Shown: one piece after another, positions 12,760 to 25,929 of the stretch
How positions within the stretch are numbered: the first letter of the stretch is position 1
How the letters are laid out: each line of letters starts with the position of its first letter
Assembly (NCBI GenBank): GCA_964016885.1
Contig: OZ024742.1
Location: 215,884,001-215,948,000 of the forward strand
Source: Eledone cirrhosa
Lineage: Eukaryota
DNA length: 64,000 bases
Direction: 5' to 3'
The notes under the pieces: generated by a model
What the model saw: the letters and a program-made list of their open reading frames with translations, nothing else
What the model was told of the DNA's origin: nothing
Databases searched by the model: none
Translations under genes and position numbers: made by a program

Positions 12760-13210
12760 ATATATATTTAAAAGAATAGAGGTGTAACACACAAGTTATG
12801 GTATATTGGTAAACGGAAAAGAAAATGCTGACAAATTGTTCACAGTGAAAAATAGTTTAATTAGGAATAAGTGAGAATTAGTCATAGTATTGGTTAGTAT
12901 TCAGTTTTGGTTTTAAGTTTTACCGGTTGCGCAATTCTAATGTTTTTCAAAAATAATTTTGAGATAGAGCGTCCGTGATGTTTGCTCTGATCTGATTAGT
13001 TTTGAGAATTCTACCTGTTTTTATGTTAAAAAAGTGGCTCCAGCGGTATTAAAATAAGTTTTGCGCCAATTCGTGTTGCAAAAATTCTTGTGGTCAAAAC
13101 AATTTTGATTGGTCGGTAGAGGTCATGTGAATGTTAAAAATTGATTTTGCGCCACGTGTCGGCTGATTGAGAAGTCACTGAGAAATAAGTCTTTCAAAAT
13201 ATATATATCC
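12760..13210 (-). mobile_element. Probable decayed PLE pLTR between (TA)n tracts
   Basis: Minus-strand tttgaaaaacattagaattgcgcaaccggtaaa resembles the degenerate HHR motif at 19105 and 22770. Confidence 0.35.
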
Positions 13211-13306
13211 GTATGCTTTTGACGGCTGAGAGAAAAGTGTACTCAATACCAGAATAGAATTATTATATTAATTTTATTGACGCTAACATATACATATTAT
13301 TATTGC

Positions 13307-13865
13307 AGGTGGATTGGCTGTATCGGTAGAGGGTCGGACGACATTCTTTGACGCATAGAGTTACGGCCCTTGACATTCTTAATTCAAATCCGGCCGAGGT
13401 TAACTTTGCCTTTCATCCTTACGGAGCCGATAAAATAAAGTAGCAGTAATGCACTGGGTAATTGCTGGCCTTGTACCAAAAGTAGAAACAATTATTATTG
13501 CTGTATCGGTAGAGGGTCGGACACCATGCTTTGCAGCAAAAATATATGGCCCTTTATGATCTGAGTTCAAATCCCGCCGAGGTTAACTTTGCCTTTCATC
13601 CTTACGGGGTCGATAAAATAAAGTACCGGTAATACACTGGTTAATTACTGGCCTTGTGCCAAAAGTAGAAACAATTATTACTCATCATATTATCGGTAGA
13701 TGGTCGGACGCCATGCTTTTCAGTACATAGTTACGTCCCTTTACGGTCTGAGTTAAAATCCCGCCGACGTTAACTTTGTCTTTCATCCTTATGGGGTCGA
13801 TAAAATAAAGTACCAGTAATACACTGGCATAATTGCTGGCCTTGTTCCAAAAATAGAAACAATTA
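13307..13865 (+). mobile_element. Three tandem tRNA-derived SINE copies
   Basis: Copies at about 13307-13495, 13500-13680 and 13692-13865, matching the 11253 copy. Confidence 0.88.
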
Positions 13866-14099
13866 TTACTCATCATATTTTATAACTTCCAATTTTCTCA
13901 GTGACCATAAGATATTTCTATGTTGTTGCTTGCCCTGCATGAAATAGCTGCTTCAATCAAATATCACCAGTTTGTCGTATATTGGAAGAAAGGTGAACAG
14001 TCACAATTAGCATATCATTGAATAAAATAAAGTACCATAATACACTTGGTAATTGCTGGCCTTGTGCCAAAAGTAGAGACATTTATTATTGAGATGTTG

Positions 14100-14620
14100 T
14101 ACAGTAAATATGATAATTACTTGGTATTCCAATGAATATCGAGTTTCGGAAAGGACGGTAGACATACAGTATTTTTCTGAGTACATAATTATGCGCAAAA
14201 GGGCAGTTTTTGTGTGAGAGGAATTTGCGAATCGAGGTCTCTTTTCTTAAGGTACCCCCACACATTTGGATTTATCGATCCCAAAGCTCCTATGACAGCC
14301 TGCATTCTCTTGATAATGTTAGGTAATATTGACAACAATTGTACAATTTCTGTCTTCAAGACATTATAGATATTTTTTAATTCTTTCACGGCTAGGTTTT
14401 AGTCACTTGGGAGGGTAATATCCCTAATCTGTCATTCATGCCTATTTCTGCGCATAACGAAAATGTAATATCTACTGTGTATAAGACTGCGATCTGCTTT
14501 GGGACAAAATACTCAAGGTGTCCTAGATTTGTTACCGTCGTCAAGGATTTATTCTGGGACATGTTGGTCTCATTTATCGGACACCAAATATCAATATTGT
14601 TTGTTATTTAACCAGTGATG
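14100..14620 (-). mobile_element. Possible Tc1/mariner remnant
   Basis: Minus-strand peptides NPNVWGYLKKR and RMQAVIGALG resemble Tc1 C-terminal motifs, but in scrambled order. Confidence 0.35.
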
Positions 14621-14861
14621 GTATATATATATATATACTTTCATGCCTCCTTTAATAATATTTTTGCGCTTTTATTTTGCATATGCACACTATGTGGGTG
14701 AAAATGTTGTATTGATTCCACAGGAAGGAGATTTTACTCTTAACGTAACGACATGTTTCTCTAGTCACTGTTAATTATTCATAGTATTGTCATTCTTATT
14801 TTATTCTCATTCTGCATCTTTCAGCCAGTCATAAAGGAATAATAATTGTTATTATATCTTA

Positions 14862-15082
14862 GCGGGTGATGAATTTGCAAAATCGGTAGAGCGTCGGACA
14901 AAATGGTTTGCGGAATTTAGTTACAATTTTGTACGGCCTGAGTTGAAATAATATTTAGGTCATATTTGCCTTTCATTTTTCCGGAATTTATAAAATAAAA
15001 TACCAGTTAAATAGTGGGGTCAATATCATCTACTATTTCTCTTCGCCATAAAGACTGGCCTTGTACCAAATATAGAAACAAT
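14862..15082 (+). mobile_element. Older tRNA-derived SINE variant
   Basis: tcggtagagcgtcggac head, tttgcctttcat..taaaataaaatacc body, ggccttgtaccaaatatagaaacaatt tail. Confidence 0.75.
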
Positions 15083-15331
15083 TATAAATAAATCTTATGA
15101 ATAAATTTGCAATGTATTTGTATTATTTCAACCTACTACATAAGTACATTAAAGTTTAATAAACAATTATGATAAATACATTCCTTATAATTCAACATGT
15201 TACATCTTGGTCTGGGACTTCGCTGAAATAGCCTTGTCTCGAAAAAAAATCAGCAATGAAATGTACAAACCTTCATGTATATGTGAATGAACACATTGGG
15301 CATATTTCTTATAACATAGTATATATATATC

Positions 15332-15475
<144 letters not shown>

Positions 15476-15477
15476 TC

Positions 15478-16281
15478 CAGGGTCAGCGCTACAATGTCGG
15501 CAAACTAGGCAGCCTCCTAGAGCGCTGATTTCACGGGGCGCATTTCTTCAAATCAACAATCATTTTGAATAATAAACAAATAAATTTCAGTTTTATTGAG
15601 GGTCGATTTTGTTTTTTGCTGGTTTATTTCATACAGGGACAAATAATCGTGTAGATTCAGTATAACCAGAAAAGCAAAATGAGTGAGTGGAAATCGCTGG
15701 AACACGAAACTTTTGCGTGTTTTTATAGGCCACGTGTTTTTCAAAAAAAAAAGGAAAAGGATAATTTCCATAATGTTCCTATCGTATTGAAGATCCTTCT
15801 CACACTTCCATTATCAGTGGCAAGTAGTGAGATTAGTTTCTCAAAGCTCAGGCTTATAAAATCTTACATTCACTCTACAATGTTGCAAGAAACACTAGTT
15901 GGCTCGGCATCTATATCAATTGAACATGCTCAGGCTTCATCACTTGGTTTAGCTGAATTGGTTAAAATTGTGCCGAGAAAAATGCACACAAAATGAGATT
16001 TTGAATTGCATTCCTGTCCGCACTTAACCCTCTGTCAAATTTAGTTTCAGGTGTATTAGCAGGGGAGTTGGAATCATTTCTAAATTGGCGGCGTGGGGGA
16101 TGCGGTTCAAATTTGGACAATTTAGTCTAGCTCTTCGCATTCTAAAATGGCCAGAAAACTTCGAAATGGAATAAATATAACAAGTACATAAATTGTAGCG
16201 CATATCCAAATAGATGTTTGGAGAAAATATAATTATTGGAGGAGGACATGAGCCCCCACCCACCCAGGTCCACCGCCACTG
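15478..16281 (+). mobile_element. Deleted hAT DNA transposon retaining the C-terminal dimerisation domain
   Basis: ORF 15679-15996 LKILLTLPLSVASSEISFSKLRLIKSYIHSTMLQETL is typical of Dimer_Tnp_hAT. Ends CAGGG.. and ..ccgccaCTG sit in (TA)n. Confidence 0.8.
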
Positions 16282-16409
16282 TATATATATGATTTTAAAA
16301 AAATATGTTTTTTGCCCTTTCGTAAGGGGTTAATATATCGAGCTATTTCCCATTTAGGAAGAAACTCGTATTATAGCCAATTTATTCATCTCATATATAT
16401 ATATATACA

Positions 16410-16572
16410 TATTGTTATACTTTGGGAGGGTCATGTTGCCAATAAGGAACACACGCACCAGATGCTTTCACTTCAATTTATTATAAATGACCCTCCCAAA
16501 GTATAACAATATCGGTTTCAACACACGTTTTCAGATAAAGAATCTTGCTAAACAAATTCAGAAACGAAATGT
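16410..16572 (+). mobile_element. Internally collapsed copy of fold-back family A
   Basis: The first 75 bp of the left arm join directly to atgaccctcccaaagtataacaata plus the same 60-bp tail as 12691-12750. Confidence 0.88.
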
Positions 16573-16729
16573 ATATACATACATTTATTTATTACGGACG
16601 ATTGGTGATCTTTGTTACTCTAAAGTTTCACCTGCGCACTCACAGTGTCACCAGTCCTGTCTGGTGAGTACGCAGGTGAGACTCCAGAGTAACAACCCTT
16701 AGCCATAATAAATGAATATTGAAACCATC

Positions 16730-17101
16730 TTTTAGTAGCCTCTCTCATTCTACTAAAACCAAACTCTATCCCTCTCTATCTCAATAAACATATGTATCTC
16801 CCCCTCTCTATATCTACGACACGGTACTCTCTTCCAGTACCCGTCCTTATATCAATAAGCATGAATCTCTCCTCTTATCTAGATCTAATATATAACACAC
16901 TCTCCAAAACCCCCTCATTTTATCAATTACCGCCAAGTTATCCCCCTCTCTCTATCTACAATACAACACTCTCTCACCCCTCCCACTCTATCCATAATAA
17001 CCAAACTTTTCCCCTCTGTATATCTAACATACAACACTCTCTCCCAATCCTCCTTTCTATATCAGTCATCACCAAACTCTCCCCTCTTTCTATCTACCAT
17101 A

Positions 17102-17174
<73 letters not shown>

Positions 17175-17590
17175 GCCTCTCCTTCTATCTATCACTACCA
17201 ATCCTTCCTCCTCTCTATATCTATCAATACCTATCTCTATCAATCCTCTCATTCTATTCATTAGCACCAAACTATCCACCTCTCTATATCAACCATACAG
17301 CACTCTCCCAATCCCCCCCTCTATATCAATTAACACCATACTCTCCCCCTCTCTATATCTATCATACGGAATATTCTTCCGATACACCACCCTATATCAA
17401 TTAGCACCAAACTCTTCCCCTCTTAATATCTAAATCACGGACCTATTTTCCAATACCCCTCTCTATATCAATAAACATCAATCTCTTCCCCTCTCTGTAT
17501 ATAATATACAAACACTCTCCCAACCTTCTACCCTTAATCAATTACCGACAAACTCCTCCCCTCTCTATATCTATATCTATCTCTTCCATC
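16730..17590. repeat. Degenerate CT-rich low-complexity repeat
   Basis: Recurring ccctctctatatc, accaaactctcc and acactctccca motifs with a (CT)n core. Confidence 0.6.
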
Positions 17591-17761
17591 TGTCTCCACA
17601 AAACATGTACATAAATTGTAGCGCATATACAAATAGATGAGTGTTTTGTTAGTTTGGGGAGGAAAATATTATTATTTGGGGGCGTTAGCCCAATAATTAT
17701 ATTTTTTAAACGGACGTTGTACAAAAAACATTCCCAAAAGATGTATATATATATATATATA

Positions 17762-18195
17762 TATTAAAATAACTGATTAAAGTTAAAGCAAAGAATCGCT
17801 GCTTTCACCCTTAACGGGATCTTCTGAAACTAACAAAGTCAATCTGTGAACGCAGAGGTGATTCTGTCTTTGCGTGTAATTGTTTTTCACCGCTCCAAAT
17901 AATGACGTATTATATTCGTTTTTTCCCGTTCTTTGCCAGGGAACGTTTCCACGAACCAAAGTATCGTCTTCCTGTCTTCCTCCGGTTGCAACGTTTTTTG
18001 AAATATTCACTTCTGGGTTCACAGATTGACTTTGTTAGTTTCAGAAGATCCCGTTAAGGGTGAAAGCAGCGATTCTTTGCTTAAACTTTAATTTGTTATT
18101 TTAATAAATATTTGCTCTACGGTTCTTATATATTTGATATTTTTTTTATCCTTATCGAACCCTCTTTGGATTTTAGTCTTCAAATTTATTATTAT

Positions 18196-18197
<2 letters not shown>
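17762..18197. mobile_element. Fold-back element: 100-bp inverted arms, 145-bp spacer, 90-bp tail, in (TA)n; hammerhead-like motif in each arm
   Basis: 17762-17860 mirrors 18007-18107. Each arm contains CAGAAGA-tccc-gttaa-gggt-GAAA. Confidence 0.75.
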
Positions 18198-18286
<89 letters not shown>

Positions 18287-18294
18287 TATATATA

Positions 18295-18348
<54 letters not shown>

Positions 18349-18349
18349 C

Positions 18350-18700
18350 GTTTATGTATTAGTTTTGCAACATTCTATATGTGTAATCGTGTGTTGAAAC
18401 CAATGATGTTATATTTGGGGGTGATCATGTTGGCAATATTGCCAATAGAATGAAATACACACCATACAATTTTCACTTCATCTTAATTGTTCCTTATTCA
18501 TTTGTTTATCAAATTTCATTCGTCACACATTCTGAGACCTCCTCAATGATTATCTGTTTTCAGCCTCCTCTTTTTCTTCGTCTTAAACTTTTAAACTTTT
18601 AATCCATCTCATCTTTGTTTTTGTATTGCGTTGGTTTTGTGTATTTCCTTTTTGCTCACGTGTACGTGACTTTTATGCGTGTGTCTAATTGTATCCTTTG
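18350..18700 (-). mobile_element. Old, diverged single-arm copy of family A
   Basis: cgtgtgttgaaacc..tgttatatttggggg..catgttg and ttcgtcacacattctgagacc match the 11941 element, including a decayed HHR. Confidence 0.65.
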
Positions 18701-18711
18701 CTATATTGCTT

Positions 18712-18770
<59 letters not shown>

Positions 18771-18871
18771 ATATATAATTACATAATAAAGAACACAATA
18801 TAATTATTCCATTACCGAAACCTTTGGTAATGTAACAATTATATTGTGTTGTTTATTATGTAATTATATAT
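18771..18871. repeat. Imperfect palindrome of about 100 bp
   Basis: atatataattacataataaa..cattacc / ggtaatg..tttattatgtaattatatat. Confidence 0.75.
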
Positions 18872-18936
18872 CTCTGTACAATGCATAGAGCACTCTACTT
18901 TCCTTTACCTTTTCTACGGAAATACTTCACACACAC

Positions 18937-19005
<69 letters not shown>

Positions 19006-19555
19006 TATATATTTATTTGAAACGATTAAAAAATCAAAACAGTGCATTAAAAATACAGACGTAGAAAATTCAATGAGGGACTTTACGAAGCTTTATTAAT
19101 AATCACTTTACCGGTTTCATGTTTGAATGATTTTCAAAGTTAAATGAGATCTAGAGATCAGTGACTATGTTGTGATGTGTTGCGTCTTATATTTCGGCCA
19201 CTTTCTTTCAAGTACATGATAAAAAAATTGGCTCAGATTGCTATCTGTTTAAAGCACAATTGGATAGAATTTGCTGGATTACGTGGTTTGGTATCGAGCT
19301 ATGTTTTGAGTAAAATATTGATGATCCAGTGATAAGGAATATAATTTTTATTGTTAAGTGAATATGGCTAGCGAAAATTTCAAAAGGGATTCATGTCTAT
19401 TGTTTGATGTAAGCTACATAAGTCTGTCTTCTACAAGATTGTTTATGGCAATCCCACATCTAACAAATCTTTAAGTACATAGGAAGATTATTTATGTGCA
19501 TGTGTAATGTCTATTTTGTTCCCTGCTACGTCGGGATATGAAGCGTCACGTGAAA

Positions 19556-20040
19556 ACAATTAATAATTGCTTCTACTGTAGGCACAAGGCCAGCAATTAC
19601 CCAGTCCATTACTGGTACTTTATTTTATCGACTCCGTAAGGATTAAAACAATTAATAATGATAATAAAAATAATAATTATTATTTCTACTTTTGGCACAA
19701 GGCCAGCAATTATTCAGTATATTACTGGTACTTTAATTTATCGACCCCGTAAGGATGAAAGGCAAAGTTGACCCCGGAGGGATTTGACTTCAGAATGGAA
19801 AGGGCCGTAATTCTATGCGTCAAAGCATGGTGTCCGGCCCTCTACCGATACTACCAATCCACCGCCATTGTTTCTACTTTAATAAAAATAATAATAATAA
19901 TAAATAAATATACAAATATTTAGAATAAAATAAAATAATGGTTTCTTATATAGGCACAAGGCCAGCAATTTTGGGGGAGGAGAAAGTTGATTAAATCGAC
20001 ACCAGTGCGTGACTGGTACTTTATTTTATCGACCCCGTAA
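19556..20040 (-). mobile_element. SINE cluster: one full copy (about 19683-19867) and two 3' fragments, inserted in the PLE arm
   Basis: Reverse complement of the 11253-type SINE. Confidence 0.85.
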
Positions 20041-20339
20041 GAATAAAATAAAATAATAATAATAATTCAGTTAGCAAAATAAACAAATATTGTACATGGG
20101 AGCGAGAGAGAGAGAGAGAAGGACAGGGGGAGAGTGAGAGCGTATGTGTGTGTATGTGCGTGTGTGTGTGAGCGTGCGTGCGTGTGTAGGGGTAGCGATT
20201 TGTCCTCGTCTGTCTTCGGGTACAGAGGGTGTTGCAAGGATAATAATAATAATAATAGTTGTAATAATAATAGTTCCATTACCAAAAGAAACATGTGTTT
20301 TATTGTGTTTGTGGATAGTTGTTCGCAAATGTTTTTCGT

Positions 20340-20800
20340 TAGAGTTTATTCAGACGTGGGTTGTATTTTTCAATAAATATATTTTCTTTATTAAATGCCC
20401 AGAAAGTAGAATCTGTCACGTGCTGGGGTTCTTTTAATTGTGGGCAATCAATTTTCATTCTGTTTCTGAGGAGAGGGTTATGGTTTGCCCTAACATATCA
20501 TCGTTACAACCTTTGCATTTAATAGCATACATTAACATTTTTTGATGAACAGGTAAAATGATTCTTTTACAAACATGTTTGCCCTGCTTTCAATGTATAA
20601 AATGTGACTTCAATGCAATTTCCGCAGCCAGGGTGACAACATATTTCAACTGTTGGAGCTGGTTTATGGTTGGTAATTATGCACTGATGTGTTGTTGTAA
20701 GGGGTTTTGGATGTTTTTACTTTCGATCTTTTATGTGTTTCGAGTGCTTTTTTCATTCTTGTGTTTTGTTTCAATACTGTGATATTCTTGTACATAATGT
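20340..20800 (-). pseudogene. Inverted copy of the PLE GIY-YIG region
   Basis: Minus strand LMYAIKCKGCNDDMLGQT; the C-terminal YLLKNTT region mirrors 21870-21900. Confidence 0.7.
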
Positions 20801-20829
20801 TGTATACCTCTATATTTATTGGGTTACGT

Positions 20830-21900
20830 TAATTTAGTTATATCATACCTGGAATTCCAGATATATGAACAATTTAATTGAATTATGGCTTGAACATATA
20901 TTTCCTAGACAACTGGATAAGCTACTTGGATGACTGCTTTAAACTACGGACGCACGCAATCGACAAACTCAACGAATTCAAGACTTCAATTAACAGCATG
21001 AATAATAATATCCAATTCATAATGGGATATAGCCAAGAACAACTTCCATTCCTGGACATTCTAATAATAAAAGAAACAAAAATATTGAAACTGACATCCA
21101 CCACAAACCACCAGATTCTAAATAATACATGTTCTTCAACATAAACCATCTAATTCACACAAAAACCAAATATTCCATTTATTCCAGTGAGAGGAATATG
21201 CACAATTGTCTCAAATTATGAAATCCGGAATAAAGACACCAACAATTAAAATAAATTCTATTCGAAAAAGAGTACCCGTCATTATTAATAGACAACGGAA
21301 CAGAAAGTGCTAAAGCAATGATATTTAAGAATTACGAAAAGAATCTTCAGTTATGTGAAATACCCTCATATCTCAATTTACAACACAACAAATACAGAAA
21401 CATACAACATTATCCATAAGAACTTCCCACTATTGAGACAAGCGTGAACAAAAGCACTTGAAACATAAAATAAACAAAAGCAGAAACATCTAAAATCCCT
21501 TAAAGCTATTCACCAATGCCAAATTATCCACCAGACATTAACACCAACAGTTAGAAAATATGTTCGCCCTAATTGCCTTAATTTCACTAATCTATTTGAA
21601 GGGATATCTTATACATTTCAATTACCTCTTCCTAAAAAAGAAATAATATATGCTATTGAATGTAAAGGATGTAATGACGTTTGCATAGAGCAAACCAAAT
21701 TGGCTATTAGAAACAGAATGTTCACCAACAGTTACGAGACCACGCCACAAAATAGATACCTCTTCGTAGTTATCTAGACTTATGTTCATCAAGCAAGTCC
21801 CCAACAATCTATGTCTTTCCACTTTATCATTGTCCAGACAAAGAAACAGACCTAATACGAATAAATACAGAATATATATTTATTGAAAAATACAAACTAC
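20830..21900 (+). pseudogene. PLE reverse transcriptase (palm/thumb) plus GIY-YIG remnant
   Basis: NLVISYLE..WISYLDDCF..NNIQFIMGYSQEQLPFLDILI..IETDIHHKPPDSK..NIPF..ICTIVSN..IIYAIECKGCNDVCIEQT..IRNRM. Frameshifted. Confidence 0.88.
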
Positions 21901-22900
21901 ATCACCACATAGTCACAATAACGAAGTCTGAATAAACTCTAACGAGAAACATTTCCTAAACCTACCCCCGCCCCACCCTACACACACACACACACATACA
22001 CAAACACACACTCACAGACACACTCTTAACATACTTGCTCATTCTCGTAATGTTATTATCATAACTAATATTAGCACTATTATTGTTATAACATGCACCT
22101 CTGTAGTCAAACGCAAAAAGGGGACAAATCGTTACACCTACACAAATAAACAAACAAACACACACACACACACTCGCACGCGCGCGCGCGCACACATACA
22201 CACACGCTCACATATATACACGCGCGAGCGCAAATAAGCCTGCACTCACGTACAATTCTTGTTCATGTTGCTCTCTGAATGATGATTATTTTTTCTTGTT
22301 GTTACGTGACATTTATAATCCTGGAAACAAAAAAGTATTCCTTCAGACACACTCAAACACATACAAACACATAAATATTATTCCGATGCAGTAAAAAAAT
22401 TTGTTAACAAAAATTGAGCGGGTGTTGGCATGAACGATTCTATAGACAGATTTGAATAGTTAAGACAATAAAACAGATATGAATTCCTTCCGAAATTGTC
22501 ACTAGCTACGTACACCGAACTATGAGACTTGAAATTTTTGCTGTAAAAAATTCAAGAAAAATTCTATTCCTAATCATATGATAATGAAATTTCGGCGCAA
22601 AATACGGCCCATCTCTATATCTAATAATGTAATCTGCCACAACCAATCCAGTTTGGCTTCAAACAGCTGGCAGTCTAGGCCAAATTATTCTTTATAAAAG
22701 GGAAGGAAGTTTGAAAAAAACATCAGATGCAAAATACGTAGCGACACATCCCTCCTTCTTACTTTGCTTTTGAAAATCATTCAAACGCGAAACCGGTAAA
22801 TTTACTATCAATAAATCTTCTTAAAGACGCTAATTGCGTTTTTAACTTCGTTTTTCTTTAATCTTTGCCCGTGTGGGATATATATTTACTTACTTTCTTT

Positions 22901-22981
<81 letters not shown>

Positions 22982-23679
22982 TCAGATTCACAAATCCCGT
23001 CTCACCACTTCATTGTCCGAATGTATATAGAATGTAATATCCAAAAATATTGAACATTTTAACATGTTTTATTATTTTATGTAAAATGCCTCCCCACATG
23101 CATGGACTCTTTCGGAGAAATATCAAATTCCGTTGCAGACTTGAACAATTTAGAGAAAACTGGAACTTGGAGGTTGATGTTTGGTCTTAGATATTTATAT
23201 CTACTTGAAATAATATATTTCCTTGATAATTGATTTCCTATTCCTTGAAATGAGGAAGACAGATTTTATCAAATTGTAGCTGTCATATTACTTAGTTTCT
23301 ATACAATAAAGCTAATGAAGCTATTATTTTCTGCAGCAACTACAACTCCATTACGTACTAGGCTTGGCTTCACCTCCTACCGTGGTTTAAATCTTCAGCT
23401 ATCCACCTATCCATTTAGATGACGCGAGGCAACGCATATATGTATATGTATTTTTTGTATTTATGTATATATGTATGTATTGTGTCTGCATGTACATATA
23501 TATATATACATATATAGTAATAATATATCTATATATATGCGTGTGTGTGTGTGTGTATGGATATGTGTATGTATAAGTATGCAACATATTTTCCTTCAAG
23601 CATATATTGAAAGAATGTATAAAGGATATCTCTCATGTACTTAATAGTTCCTTATGTCTCGTTTCGAAGCGTATCGTAC

Positions 23680-23735
23680 CTACATCTACATATGCATATG
23701 TTTCGAAGACTCGACGTATCTAACTTCAGAATCTG
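23680..23735 (-). ncRNA. Near-complete hammerhead motif
   Basis: att-CTGAAGT-tagatacgtcgagtcttc-GAAAC-atatgcatat-GTA-gat. A9 is mutated; stem III is palindromic. Confidence 0.45.
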
Positions 23736-24135
23736 AATGTCCATACGTGTGCCGTATTAGCTTAGTAGTGGTGGTACAATACCATGCGAGTAGCAGGAGA
23801 ACTCGGATGTCTAATTTAAAATTTCTCAACGGTTGTAGAATGGCAGATATTATAATAGTTTTCAATTCACCAGTATGAAGATTCTGCTTCAGAAAGTAGT
23901 ATCGTGATTGTTTCAAAATGTTCACACACACATGGCTTTAGGCTTACCACTGTTCCTAACTTGGTAAATACGAAAAAAAGACCTTATAAAAGTTATCAAC
24001 CTGGAGCACAGTCGTGTTTACTATATAACACGTAATACACATGCATATATATATATATATATATATAGATTTTGAGTTTATGTTGGTTGTATACCAACAC
24101 CTCAGAATTTTAATCATTTGACTTTTATTTAACTT

Positions 24136-24196
<61 letters not shown>

Positions 24197-24369
24197 TACA
24201 CACATACATACATACATACATACACACATACATACTTACATGCATCACACTTTTGCCAACAACTCCTAATTTGAATGTCTATTACCGCTAATTCTGTTCC
24301 TATTATTGTTATGGTTATTTTTGTTATTTCTCCTGTTGCCAGTTATGATACTCTCTCTGCTGTTCTTGC

Positions 24370-24430
24370 TGTTGTTTTGCTGCTGCTCCTGCTGCTACTA
24401 CTACTACTACTACTATTAATATTACTGCTG

Positions 24431-24486
<56 letters not shown>

Positions 24487-24952
24487 GTTGTAGTTTCTCT
24501 CCAACTACCACGTTGGCCTTCGAAGAACAAACATGTTCAAAATCTTTCCAGCGTTGGCCACCCAATCTTTTTTCGGTTCTAAACATACTTCAGTCTGCAT
24601 CATTTAATATGTTTTGTTTCGTTTTGAGACGTCATTTTACTGTTGCTGTCGTTGATGAAGATGTCGATATTATTGTTGTCTGTCACTTCTGTTGCTTATG
24701 TAGTGTTTCGTGGTGATGCTGCCTCTTTGGTTGCTGCTGCTACTACTGTTGCAGCTACTACTGCCCCCCCCCTCCTCCCATCTGTTGTCAGAACTACACT
24801 TGTATTTCTGCTGCTGCTGTTGTCAACTCGGTTATCGCTACTGCTTCTGTTGCAGTTGATGTTGTTGGCTTTCATGTTATTATTGCTGATGTTTCTGATG
24901 TTTTGCTTGCTGCTACTGTTTATGTCTATGTTGTTGGTGGTATTAATGTTGC

Positions 24953-24983
<31 letters not shown>

Positions 24984-25170
24984 GACATTGACGTCTTTGC
25001 TGCTACTCTTGTTGGTGTTGGTATTGTTTTTGTTGTTGCTATTAACGTTGTTGTCGCTGTTTTAGTTGTTGGTGTCGTCGTTGTTGCCGGTACTGTTAAT
25101 GTTGTAATTTTAATTGTCGTTTCTCGTGTTGTAGTTTCTTCTATTCTGTTGTTTTATTGTTGATGTTGAT
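24370..25170. repeat. (CTA)n and degenerate (GTT/GCT)n low-complexity region
   Basis: Read directly from the sequence. Confidence 0.8.
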
Positions 25171-25289
25171 GTCGAAGATATTTCACTTGATGCTAATTTT
25201 GAAGAGGTTCAATTCACAATCATTGGATCCCGAAGTCAATTCATCAACAAGTAACATTTATCATTTTATGGGGTCGAGCTATATGTTGT

Positions 25290-25515
25290 AAGTTGAATTC
25301 GGTAGATGGAATCTGTTTGGAATCCCGTCAGCCAAGACTTTATCTATAGTCCGGCCTTGCCACACACACTGTCTTCACACTGAATCACCCCGAGATATAC
25401 TCTACGAGTGCACATATTTGAGGAGTGCTCAGTCACGTAGACGTTAGTTCCATGAGCATTCTGTTCCATTAATCGAACAACTGAAATACTCATTGTTTAT
25501 ACCGACGGAGGTCCC
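25290..25515 (+). mobile_element. Probable second-family SINE 3' part
   Basis: Non-microsatellite island resembling cephalopod SINE bodies (recognition only, not aligned). Confidence 0.4.
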
Positions 25516-25929
25516 TCGATCAATAATATGATGTGGTTAGCGCTAGTGCTTTAGATGTAATTGTTATTGTTGTTGGTGTGTGTTGCTGGTTTGTTCCTAT
25601 TGTTGTTTCCATTACATCGATTACTGCCGTTGTTGTGTGTTGTTGTTGTTTTCGTTGGCATTCAGCATGGTTTCGTTGTTGTTGCATTCTGTTGATGGCA
25701 TTGCTTCTCTTACTCTTGTTTCCTTTTATTGATTGTTTTTATATATAGGATTTTTATTCTTTTCATTTCTTTTTGTCATTTCATCTGTTTGGCATTAAAA
25801 TTGTTGCTGGTATTGTCGTCATTACATCTGTTAATGTTGTAGCTGACATTACAAATATTACTAGAGTTTTGGGCATTATTTTTGTTGTGGTTGTTGTTAT
25901 TGATAATGATGGTGGTGCGGGTGGTGCTG

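Larger units (their letters stand above)
19030..22860. mobile_element. Large inverted (tail-out) Penelope-like element, Neptune-like
   Basis: The left arm 19030-20800 (minus) mirrors the GIY-YIG region, 3' UTR and pLTR of the right arm. Matching terminal motif ttgaaaatcattcaaac..gaaaccggtaaa at about 19105 (minus) and 22770 (plus). Confidence 0.75.
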
